This document shows, in pieces, positions 26,643 through 39,600 of a stretch of 64,000 bases of DNA. Location: contig NMRA01000163.1 of NCBI GenBank assembly GCA_002633005.1, positions 432,203 through 496,202 on the forward strand, written 5' to 3'. Made by a program: the position numbers and the translations under genes. Every line of letters begins with the position of its first letter. Positions within the stretch are counted from its first letter, which is position 1. The notes below the pieces were generated by a model. It did no database searches and had not been told where the DNA came from. It was given only the letters and a program-made list of their open reading frames with translations. This DNA comes from Phoronis australis. Its lineage: Eukaryota; Animalia; Phoronida.

Positions 26643-29600
26643 AATGATGATGATGATGATGATTGTGATGATAATGATGATGATGATGATGATGACGATG
26701 AAACAGAAATATAGCGACTATAATTCGAGGCCATTCCACGAGAACTATATTACTAATCAAGCTAATATCCGAGAAATAATTAAAACATTTGTATTTTGTT
26801 ATGCTGTCTCAGATATTGTGGGCCGGCAATCTAAAACAAAACTTCCTTATACCTTCTCATTAGGTAAATACTGGAACCCAGTTACTTGTGCAGCTCGTGT
26901 CTGGACGTCTGCTTGAAACTGTGAATACCTGGCTGTATTCGGTTCATAATACTTGACCCAAAAGACACTCGTGTACGCATCCTTGGCATCAGCGTCGCGA
27001 GAGTCATTCTGATAAAGAAGACCGTAATATATTTCAGCAAGTTTTTACACCATTGAGCGAAAAATCGTATAAAGAAATAACTATTTCTGAAAAATAATAC
27101 ACTCACTTTAGCAAAATAATAAAGTATTTGACATAGACCAATAATTGTTACTTACGTAGAAAAATTATACAAATTATTTACAGTAAGTGATGTTTTACTA
27201 ATTACTCGACTAAACTTTTATTTAGCAAATGTGGAGTGGGAGCGTAAAACTAAATTTCTGTCTTAAGTCTTGTGTCACTTTTCATGAAACTGGCGCCAAA
27301 TCAGTTTGGTTTCAATCTTAAGCAGTCACTTAACTTTGTTTTGTGCTATTGAAAGATGTTAATCGCAACAAAATTGCTTCTACGATAACTTTTGGAGCAT
27401 CGGCAACTTCTTTAAAAGTTTTTCTGAAGCAACAGTGCCTTACCAACGCCTTGTCCCAGGGAAATCCCGTGTGAAGGTACATGTATAACTGGCTGTATGG
27501 GGCCACCAGTAAAAATTTTTAAGGGATAATGTTATTCCTTGTGAGCTATTACCTATAGAATTCTTGCAGAAATTCGCATAAAATAACAAAATTTTTGGAG
27601 AGAGGCAGAGCCTACTGCTCCGTAGCTGAAAGTTTACTGAACTACCTGTTTCCAATGGTAATCACCGTATACACGCTTCTGTGTGTAAAAATTGATGCCA
27701 ATGAAGACGTAGTCGCCGTTTGTCATATTGAGATCATAGGCGTGCAACATCAATTGCCGAAACGTCTCTCCTCTGACAGCCACTACGATAACTAGCAACG
27801 AGAACAAGTACGTTGTATAACTTGCAAGTAAAGAAAAATAAAAAAATAAAAATTAAGGTATGGTCTTCCACTTAGTTTTGAATTAGAACGTATATAAGTA
27901 TAATTGTACATTCAACACTACAATTCCAAGTTTGACCTCCACGATTATGCTCCTGGCATAACTCATGCCTTGGTTGGTCTACCGGTGTAAACTTTGAGAG
28001 AGATTAGTAATCTCTCAGTTCAAAACACAGCAAAACAATTTCTAAAGCAAACTGTTACATCAGTCATCTTTGGGGGCACACATGCGGGTACTTACTTCTG
28101 CTGACTTTCTTCGACTTGATTAAGCTTTCCTTGACATCATAAATCTCCCCGAGCTGAGTTCGTTCGTCAATAGTTGTTACCGATGAAACGAAGATGTTGT
28201 TTTTCTTAGCGACAAACTCGACACCGTCACGCACCAATCTCCAGATTCGGTCGTTGTGTAGTTGTGCGATTATGGCAATGCGCTTCCATTTGTGGTGACG
28301 TATCAAGGACACTGTCGCTTCGCCGACTAGGTCAAACGTTCCCAGAAGTCTTGTAAGGGTCTGAATTAAATTTAATAGCGGCATCCCAAATATCACAAGC
28401 TGTCAAGAACTAAATTACTTTATCTGGAGATAATTTCAATTCATTGGTTTACATTTACCACCAAAACTCGAGCAATGTCCTTATCCAGCCATTAAAGTTT
28501 TTGGAGTTGATAAACCTTTGTTTTTATCACTTTAGATTGATTTCAAATTGAAACTAGAGAAGATTTTACGAGTTTCACAAAGTTTTGAGTATTTTCAACA
28601 AATACTCTATGTTTAATCGACAAAATTGACCTTGACAAAAGCCTTGGCCAGTTTGCATTTCGTTTTCAAGTCCAATCTCCCGCAATGGCAGCAATGCCTT
28701 GCAATAAACACTTGACTTGTGTGCAACGTTCTTTCATCCGTCTTTTCTTCGTTGACTCGGTCAAAGGAGGCCTCCTTCTCCCTCGCTTTCGTGACGCAAT
28801 TTGTCCAGCACTGCTAACTATATCACCTGCGGTGCTGTTGCCGAAAGGCGGTGAAAAAAAACAAGCGTACACGCGCGCTCAGCGGTGTTCAAACTGAGGC
28901 CATTGTATTTGATTGACCACTGGTTCTTGTTTTTCATAGTACCAGTAAAAAATTCCCCGATATTTGTTAGCGAATGCAATGACATGCAAATTTAGACTTT
29001 TTCTGCACCCGGTTAAAAGATCTGATTAATTTCGATTGCATAACATACACAAGATTGGGTTTAATTTGAAGTTAAGTCAAATGATAAAACAGAAAACCAT
29101 TCGGTTGACCTAAAAATTATTTTTTTCCATTAAATGATGCATTTTTACCTCAGAAATTAGATTGCCCATTCCTTCCTCAGTGCCTAACAGATGGCGCTGT
29201 GCATAAAAAGATATAGGCCTGGCTGAGTTTGCAAAAGCCCTTATTACTATTTACAGTTTAAGTTTTCTTGGCGGATCCAAATAGATTCCCGTATTCTCGT
29301 TTTGATATCATTAAACTCCTATCAGTGATACTCGCTCCATTTCAATCGAGAACGTACATGTAATCTGTAAGCAGCGTGGTCAGTAACTGCAGAAGTATTT
29401 ACGTCGGCTAGGGAGGTTGGTCAGCTAGGCCCTTATAAAGATCTTGCTTTCTCTCGGAGCCTCATCTTCTTTCTAGTGTTCTGCCACGCGATATCCAAAG
29501 TTCGTCCATGTATCACCAATGGCTCAACACGACCTGATAGGCATTGAGGAAGGGCTGTCACGTATGCAGTAAATTTCTGTGGGCTGGTTATGCATTTTTG

Positions 29601-32600
29601 GATGGCAAAATGAATTTCGTCTTGTCATTTATACTTTACCATCCCGATGAAGTTTTTGAAACAACAATGTGGTTATTTTACCTTAAACTTCTTCTTATCC
29701 AACATTTCGATAGCTTGACAGACACCGTTAAACACAGGAATGTTACGGTAAGCAGCCAGGGTTGCAACATTGGCGCAGACTCCCGAGCATGGCGGACCAA
29801 TAAAACAGGTATAATTCTTTTCCATAATGCCATCAACAGCACCACCTGTCGATCATTAACGATTAAACGATTAACTTCCTCTTCGTAAGAAGAAGCACTA
29901 TGCTCTGATTTAGGTTGTATTTTCACTAAAATCTAGACAAATTGTTTTAACTGCCTTGATAGTCAATTTGAAAACCGGCCTGTTGAGTTCATCGGGATGA
30001 AGCATTTCAATGATATTAAGCTGATGCCATCAGCCACGAACTTTTATGTAAAAAGTGACTTTTGACGGATTGCGATTTATTGGTTTCCTCAAAAAATTAT
30101 TGCGCTTGGACCACTGCGCACTTCTCGGTACACGATCTTGAAGAATATTCAGGACTTTCAATATTCTTGCAAGGAGAAATGTTAGAGAAAGTTTCTCATT
30201 CATTCTATATCTACACAGAATCTATTTTAAGATTCACTTACCAAAATCTGTAAACCTGTCGTGAAACAGTAAACGAACTGCTAGAGAAATTTCGATGTTT
30301 TTGTCAATGTTCCCACCGAAACACGACGCAGCATCAGACGTCCACTGATTCCGACCCAGATGTGATTCCAGATCATGTGATGCTTAATCTGTGGAATTGT
30401 GGGTAACGCAAGAGATATTTGCGCGGAGACATATTTTGATAATCGCGGTAACAAAACACCGACTTTTTAATTTACGATTCAGATTGAGTTTTAAAGGATA
30501 TTTCCACCATTCTTTCGTCTTTTTGACACACGCACTAACTTGGCGGCTTTTGCATAATCAACTTGGTATTTTAAATTTTGAAACCATGTTGTGCAGTGGT
30601 AATGTGTGTTATAATGAGTATGCAGGAAATGTCCATTTTAAACAGCCATGAACCGTCAGTTGCCAAAAATATTTCTGATTTAGACCAGGTGTGTGAAACT
30701 GGTCTCAACTTGTTCCTTATTTATTATTAGAAGTGATCTCCAGAGCTTGAGAAAAAATAACGTTATTGGTTGGGGTCATTCTGGGCTGATAAAGTGACCA
30801 GCTTAATCAAGCTTAAGTATTGAGACGTGTCACTTTATCAAGAAACAACTAAATCCAAGTTCTCCCGAAGCCCAGCAATCATCTCTAATCTGAGTGAAGG
30901 ACAGTTTGAAATCAGTTTTATAGCGTTATGTGGTCTAAATTAAAAGCTACTGTATAATTTGTAGTTTTTACATAAGACAAGGCCGGGTTAAAACAGACTC
31001 ATGGAGGGAAGTTAAACTAGGCTCAAAGTCTATCAACAGGTATGCGCTATCGATGTATAAAACATTTGCTTAGTAACATTCTGAAATCCTTTTAAAAGTT
31101 GAAAACTCCTTGCAGCGTCTCCTTAAGCTAAATCGGCCAGTGAGAGTACGGCTTCAAGCAAGTATTTAGACCAATGAGCCGGTATCCAGTTCGTTTTTCA
31201 AAAAAGTATTCAGCAGACGTTTAGGGCATTGTTACGGGCATGCGGTTATCCCATGACTGCCTACATGTACGTCTTATGATGGGCGTTGTCCCTGCGTTTT
31301 AGGTCCATTCTTAATGCATGCACTTTCATTTAACAGTAACGGCTGTGATGGTAGATATGGTTGGTCCCCTATGACCGATCCTGTCCATGTGGTACAAAGT
31401 GAATCACAACACCATATTGTTTGTAATTACTTGCACAATGGGCACACATATCGACAGCACCGCTCACCCAGTCTGTCCGCAACCGGTCATATTCCTGTTT
31501 CCACACTCAGACGTGTCTGCTGACTCAGCCTGTGATGAGCTAGCATGCTCAGTGTCGTTGTAGCCTACTTGGTATCACGTACTTTAGAGCATATTTTGAG
31601 CTCAGTATTGCACAGTTTTGCGTACCCTTCTGGTACATCTATTGCATATTTTAGCCCATTGGGTGCTTTCATGTAGACCTTCGCAGTATCTCTACGTTAT
31701 ATACATTTTAGCCCATGATTGGGAAGTACTATGTACTCAGCAGCTACTCACTGTATATTTGTCATTTTCCTCAAGCCCATCTGGTTGTCAACCAGTCAAT
31801 ACCCACATTTTTTTGGTATACGCGCAGCACTTGGTACTAACTATAGCAACTAATTTGTATCTTTCGGGCGTATATCGTATGCCCTATGCTTTGTAATAGC
31901 ATGCTGTACCCAAATCTACTACGCACGCACTTCGGTCGCAGACAAGTTACTATCTTAAATAGGACACTAGAGGGACAGAAGTTTGACTCTTCTTCACAAA
32001 CAGTCAGTTGCGTTCCTGCAACTCGAGCTTGAGTAGGGCCTGTCTGGACACAGCTTTGCTCTACGTAACGCACATGTAGCCGCACAGGTCACAGAATCAG
32101 CTCCACGCGCAGAAAAGGGCAACGACCAAACGGTACCGTGTGTTCTAGTAATCAAGAAAATGATTGGGAATTCATAGCAATTCTCGAATAAGGGTTTTAT
32201 ATATGTATATGCATCAATGGCATCGCTCAGACCGTCGGCACCCAGTTTTTGGGAGTTGGCGAGAACCTATTCTCCGAAAAGTTTGCGGCCTTGGTAGGCA
32301 CCATCTATTCATCGAGCAGATGCGATAATTTGTTCTTTTGCTCACTAACGATAGTTGACCCAATTTTGCTACTCGCTAACCTTGTCACATTGTCTTACCT
32401 AAACCCACCACGGGATTACACCTTGTGTTGACATAATCAGCCTTCAGTGAGTGCCCACTATACAACTCAGGCTGATTTACTTCGACATGGCAATCAAGGC
32501 TAAAACGGAAATGTTGACCCAATTTTGCTACTCCCTAACCTTGTCACATTGTCTTACCTAAACCCACCACGGGATTACACCTTGTGTTGACATAATCAGC

Positions 32601-33101
32601 CTTCAGTGAGTGCCCACTATACAACTCAGGCTGATTTACTTCGATCGACATGGCAATCAAGGCTAAAACGGAAATGTTGACCCAATTTTGCTACTCCCTA
32701 ACCTTGTCACATTGTCTTACCTAAACCCACCACGGGATTACACCTTGTGTTGACATAATCAGCCTTCAGTGAGTGCCCACCATACAACCCAAGCTGATTT
32801 ACTTCGTCAATGGCAATCAAGGCTGAAACGGAAAAGTTTTATGAAGGAAATTAACTAAATTTTCGTGTGTCAGTATCATAACATGACAAAAAGGATTAAA
32901 TATTAATAAATAAGACTTCGTTTGGTTTTCCTTCCGTGGCAAAATAAGTTAAAGAAAGCTATGACTTAAAAATGCTTAAAGCGACTCTAGCGCCTGCCAT
33001 CCCAAAAATAACTTTGGGTAGTACCTTTTACTGTTATGAAGTTGGTCTCATCTCTCTCTCTCTCTCTCTCTCTCCCTCTCCCTCTCCCTCTCCCTCTCCC
33101 T

Positions 33102-33133
<32 letters not shown>

Positions 33134-33598
33134 CNNNNNNNNNNNNNNNNNNNNNNNNNNNNNNNNNNNNNNNNNNNNNNNNNNNNNNNNNNNNNNNNNN
33201 NNNNNNNNNNNNNNNNNNNNNNNNNNNNNNNNNNNNNNNNNNNNNNNNNNNNNNNNNNNNNNNNNNNNNNNNNNNNNNNNNNNNNNNNNNNNNNNNNNNN
33301 NNNNNNNNNNNNNNNNNNNNNNNNNNNNNNNNNNNNNNNNNNNNNNNNNNNNNNNNNNNNNNNNNNNNNNNNNNNNNNNNNNGCCAATCTGTCAGTTACA
33401 ATTGCCTGCCTTTCTTCATAACTCAAAATATTCTTGCCGTCACCTGCTGAATCATTACCAACGTTCGCCATCTTCCAGGAAGAGGACTGCTCCAGGCAAT
33501 TATAATCATTTTCCAACAATTTCGCATTTTCATATTTTTAAATTCTTTTCATACTAAATCTTTAATTTCACTATAGATGAAGTACAAAAGGTCCCAAG

Positions 33599-33638
<40 letters not shown>

Positions 33639-36600
33639 TGATCTGTTTTCATTAAGCACAACTCAATATTCTTCCGCCGCAGTGCATTGCTTGCAGGGAT
33701 ACTCTCGACGAAAGAGAAGTAGCATTAGCACGGAATCGAATCTACAAGCTCTACAATATCAACTGAACACTGTATCGCTGAGTCAAATTCCACGCGTTAA
33801 TAGAAAAGACACCGGCCTTGATTTCAGCGAATGTCTGGTAGTCAGTGGCGAGAATTGGCGATTTGTAACAAAATCCTAAACCCTAAAGAGTTTTCCATAT
33901 TTTGTAACTCCGGTGAAAAGTCTCATGCAACAGTAATCCAAAATGCGTTTTTCGACAGTAAAATCGACAATGCCCTTTTAAAGCAATGTGCAAATGATTG
34001 AAACTACTGAAATGGTTAGATAGACGGGGTTCGGCATTTTGCTGAAATGCCGCAAATTCGAGTCGATGTTTTACGCCATGGACTAAACTCTAAACCGTCT
34101 AAATCTAATATAATTCGCTATATTGACGAGGTCCGGATGTTGGCTTCCTGGCGCCGGACAAAAAAAAACTCCGAAGCGGCCGCGCTGACACCCGGCCCCA
34201 TGCATCCGGCGCGTCCTTACCTGTCGTTCCCGTGACGGCAAAGGCCAGGTTTTTACCGAGTCGTGCCTTCAGACAGTCGATCTCGATTCATAAGCGCTTC
34301 TTTCTTCAATACAGTCTCAGTATTCGGAGGTATTAATCCGCCGCTAACGTTTACCGTTTACAACTACTAGGTTGCGTATTCAATTTTCGACGACGAGAGA
34401 ATTCGAAGAAACGATGTAAACTTTAAGTACTTTTCGAAACGACTAGAGCGAATGCGTGGCTTCGGCATTTTACGCGCACCCGCTCGCCGCCGCCTACAAG
34501 TACTCCGTGTGAAACGGCAAACCCTTTCACAAATTTCAAAACCACGACGACTAGACTGTGCAACTTCTTCAATTATTTTTTACTTTAAATTAGGCGAAAT
34601 AACTATAAAAGTAACAATATATTGTTGTTTTTTCTAGTTTTTGAATCACGTGACCATACATTTAAAAAAAATAGCGAAAACGAACGGTACATTGATACAC
34701 TACCATGACCCTCAAGGAAGGCTTTGAGGATCTCCAGCTTGTATTCAGATATACATATACATGTACTTTAAAGACAGCGTTGTAAGAAAAGATCAAGCTT
34801 ATATGTGTTGTAACGTTTCCAAGTATTTTGCACCAAATTAAACGGCCTATTATCGCCTATACCAATACAGGGACACACACTCGACAGCCGCCCGTAGGCC
34901 TATTGGAATCGCGCAGCTTCAAAAAGACATGAATGCAAAGTTCCTAACATTAAAGTTTTTGCATCAAGCAAATTACTCCTTATAATAAACATTGTGAAAT
35001 TGCTGATAACAATTCAGACGAAGCGTTTTGTTTTTCCGGTTGTTCCGAAGGCCCCAGTCACACTCCTGTAGATTCCCATACGGGCCACTTATTAGAATAT
35101 GTGCTAAATAATTGAATAAAAAATTCTAAAGGTAATGATTTTGATCAATTTTATATTAACTGATATGAAATGAAAAATTAGTGTGTTTCCTTGATTTTCC
35201 ACGTATTTTGCACTAAATTAAATGGCCAGTCGTCGGCGATTCCAATACTGTGGAGACACGGTGAAAGCCAAATTCGCGGTAACGATGATGTCATAGACTT
35301 CGATTGGTGCGAGCGCCGTCTTAAGTTTTTTGTTTGGCGCTGAATGGGGTTCGTGATGGGGCTACTGTATAGTCGAAAGCCTACTTAATTAACGACTGAG
35401 GTATGCTATGACACAGTATTTTGATGTTTTTCATCAATAAATGTATTTCAGATGTAAAAATAGTCATTTTGGCACCATACTTGGCCTTTAAGTAAGTTAA
35501 AATCTACAGTTTTTATATATTTGTCTAAATACGCAGACTGGTCAATAAGGCCTTACATAACGTCAAGGTTATATCATTGACTAAAGTACATGGTTCGCCA
35601 GCTCCCTATATTTTCAATGGGCGAAATCTGTGATCTTTCGTATAAGCCGTGACGTCATTATTCACTAGCGACACCAGGCAGATATAGCACGCAATACTTC
35701 GGCAACTTCGTCGTATGCTAATCATGGTCATTTTGTCGGGATTTGGATCGGCATTTTTGCCCAACTCACATCCGTGTTTAATAAATTGAACGCTTTGTCA
35801 GAATAAATATGGATTAAGTAATTAGTAAGAATAGATGCAATTTAAGTTGCCCAAAATTTGTGCATATGTACTTTTAATCATAGGGTCAGACTTGCTGACT
35901 TGTACTTTAACGTCAAAATCTATTTTTAGATGGTGTTTACAACTTTGGGTTCTAGTGGCGTCAAAGTACTCTAGAGATTCTAGAAAATTCTGAGAACAAA
36001 TTGTAACAGCCAATGATATGGTTGGATGTGATCATGTGGTTTTTATTAATCAATCACTAAATAAGTAGAATACTATAATATGGGCTTAAGTCAAAAGGAA
36101 ATTCAGATGAGCTATAGTAGTTGAAGAAAAGAATAAAGACATGCTACAGTGTACATAGGAAATTGTGCAACAGAGCCATCTCGTGGAAGATTCTAGAAAG
36201 GATCTTGGCAAGAGCAAGGGTTAACGAACAGGAAGTTAACTAAGAGCTTGTCACTTGCATCGTGGGTATTAAGATACTACCTGAAGTGTTGCGTCACCAG
36301 CCAGAGACTGTGACCAGCAAGAAGAATCGTGGGTAGAAGAAACTGCCTGCAAGTGTTGCATCACCAGAGACGGTGACCAGCAAGTAAACTGTCACAATAC
36401 AGTGTGTGTAGTTCGAAGATTCACCAACAGGACAGACCTCCAACAAGTGGAGAGTCCTAGCTTGGATAGCAGATAAGACATTTGATTATCTTGGTTGATT
36501 GATTGAGGTAATCTTTAAAGAGGGCGCTAGTGTAGTTACTCTTCCTTGTAGTTGATTACTTAATCAACAACAGGTTTCACTTGTCTAATTAGGGATTATC

Positions 36601-39600
36601 GTATAATAAATTAATTTCTGGATTTGATTAATCACTTTCCATCTACGCACAATCTCAAAGAATAGCTACATTTTAAACAAACCCACCGTCAATCGTCTGA
36701 CACGCTCCTAAAACGTTAACTTAATACAGCTCATATCAATACTCCTGAAATAACCACCAGGCCTACTAAAAAATCTCGCACTTCAACAGCAGTTTACTTA
36801 ACATTTCATTTTAAGCTCGAATGCACGCCGGTGCCGCTCAAAATTTTTAGACTCTACTGTTGGAAGACTTTGAACAACGTTTCAATGCCGAAATTATTTT
36901 TTCGTTGTTCTAGAAAGAAAAATAGATGGAAGAATTTCCCGTCACAATACACTAACGGGAGGCTGAGCTTGCTATGTTTAGAGATTGGCGCCTCCTCTAG
37001 GATACTTTGCAAGAAAATGTCGGAGTTGCGAATCTGTTATCTATAACCTATGGTTATATATAACCCTCGAAAAATATTCAAATTTGGCAAACTTCGAATT
37101 ATTGCATCTCAAAAATGGCTGATTCGATTCATACTAAACTTTCAGATACCATGATTTATGCACTGTTCTCTAAAATGCTCTTAGAATTTTTTTTAAAAGA
37201 TTCCAATTTTGCATGAAGGGCTATCAAATATAGTATTTCATGATTTTTATGAAAAGCTCAAAAATTGCATGCATGTAAGACGAAAACAAAATGGCACTTT
37301 AGAAAACTGTAACAGAGTTTTGAGATTTCATCTTGAACATTTACTTCGAACGAAATTTGGTCATGTTACTTATGCTGTTGTTTTAGTAAGAATGTACCTT
37401 TTTTGCTAAATTTTGTTAAAAAGAAATGGTCACGTGATCGCCTCAGTATAAAGTGAAAAATCATATTTTACAGGCATTCTACTTTCAGAAAATAGTTATT
37501 TTGACTGAGCTAAAATCTATAATTTTGTGGATATTTGGATAAAAACACCGACAAGTGGATAAGATCATACCTAACCCAATTCATACGGTTGTATTTCAGC
37601 AGTGTTTAATCCCCTTCGCTGATACACTGACGTCGTTGTTTTGATCTCGTGTTTGAATAGTTTATTCTACCTTGCATGCTAAGATCAAATAAGTTAGTCA
37701 CTAAGTAGAGAGGTTCTTCGTATTACTCCTTTATGGAAAGCAATATTTTAAAGTTCAGTAAATCATTAATCTTTTAACAAGGGTTCGCAGCACATTAATT
37801 TTGCAGTGGTTCGTGTACTTTTCTTGTATATCAAAGTGGATTTTTGTAATCAGAGTAATCTGGATCATAGTTGGGCGTTCGTCCGATTTTTAGCTTTTTA
37901 ATTAATTATCTGTTTCAATAAATGGTAAATACAGAGTTTAATTTATTCAAATGAAAATTCTTGGCATACTCTCGAATGAAGAGAAGAAGTTACGGAATTT
38001 TAAATGCCTCAACGTTATCTGCTATGACAAGGTGGGAAATGTTGAAACCCATAAGCAAAAACATTCAGACAAGTCTGACATCTAAATCAGCTGCCTGCAT
38101 GTTTGATAAATACATGTCTTGCAGACTCTAAGCCTATACAAAAAAATTACCGAAGTTATCCTTGAGAAAGATTTACTAATCAAATATAATCCATTACAAA
38201 ATCCTTATTTGTTTGTAAAATACCATTCCACGAGGTAGCAGTTTTGTTTTCTTGTTTGTTTGCAGATTTACCACATCAATTAAGATTCACATTTCGTATC
38301 TACATCTTGCCTTGGTCGAGACTGAGAGTGACAGCCATTCGCTGAAAACCATAAAAATATTGTAGTCAAATTTCCACTGTCCTCAGTCAAAACTTGCTGG
38401 TGTGAAAATACAGTATGACAAGCTGTGGAATGTACTTTCTGTGGTCATGTGATGCGCTTAATTTAGGGTAATAAATAGAATAAAGTCAATCGTGGTCTGT
38501 TAGGTGCGATTAGAAAAGCCATACATGTACAATGCTTCAATTAGACGGATTCAAACCATGATTAATTTACTTCTGCAAATTCGCCGACACGCAAGATTAA
38601 TTTGAAGGCAATAAATCGTAATTGGACCCGTTTGTAAGCAGTAAGAATAAAAACACCTTTCGTGGCACGAACATTTAATTAGGAATACGTTGCGCCCTTC
38701 AGCTGTCGGACGTATTCACAATGATAGCAAACGTTTGCAATGAGGACTGCCTTGACCTGCGTGGTTATTTGGTCATAGCAAGAAGTTAATTGCGCCCACT
38801 TCTGAAGTTACAGGACAGATAATTTACTCGTGATTAGAACAATAATGATGACACTAATGTATAGGACGTAATTGGTTTGAGTGGTGGCCCTAATTGGTTC
38901 ATGCTATGGTCGTTATGACTAATACACACGATGCAAGCTGATTATGTTGCTTAATTGTTTTCTTGGCAAACGTGAATAAGGATTTTTGTACTAACTTTGC
39001 AATAAAAAGCTAAGATAGATTTTTAATTTTTGATAGTGGTTCATTCTTAATACACTCTTTAAAAAGATACTAAACGTGATTTGCTTTATTGACAGATTTT
39101 AACAACGACTCTCTTTCTAGCTCACAGATATACACAGTGCTTTGAAACCCCCGTCAGCTCTTAAAAGTTTGGAACACGGTTGAAACTCTTTTCAAAGCCT
39201 GATGCCGATAAGCGTGACTTACGCTTTAGGTGAGTTACACGGTAACTGCTGAGAAAGACTACGTACCAAAACGCCTGGTTTGGCTGAAGATTGCGTACAT
39301 CACACCAATAGTGCGTTAGAGGGCGGAACGAGGTGCGGGATGAAAGCACCAAAACAGGGATTAGTATCAATTTAACAAGAATTGTCCGCCAAGGCTCTAC
39401 AACGACGGCTACCAGAAATGACAAAAATGTCATTGCTGTGAAATTTCTGCTACATTCCAATAGGTCACTTCTGGCACACATAAATATTGTGTCAATGGGA
39501 GGACGCCAAATGATGCAAACAAAATAATGCGCTTTAGAAGCCTGAAAACCACATCTCCTACATAGCCCAAGCAATGGTCCTATGGCTCTCATACGCAAAA

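Larger units (their letters stand above)
32354..32834. repeat. Three-unit ~160-bp tandem repeat containing rGC exon 2 and its splice sites
   Basis: Units start at 32354, 32513 and 32676 (spacing 159 and 163 bp). Confidence 0.95.

Noticed and set aside
26009-26916. Long poly-Ser/His/Met/Asp ORFs
   Set aside because: Translations of a (GAT)n microsatellite and an N gap.
27444-27492. Possible extra rGC exon [16 protein letters not shown] with AG/GT ends
   Set aside because: Exon 5 (..HWKQ) joins exon 6 (NDSRD..) directly in phase and already supplies the conserved W..D motif; the segment also contains a TACATGTA scar.
32972-33557. ORFs of 149-173 aa
   Set aside because: Made of (CT)n repeat and Ns.
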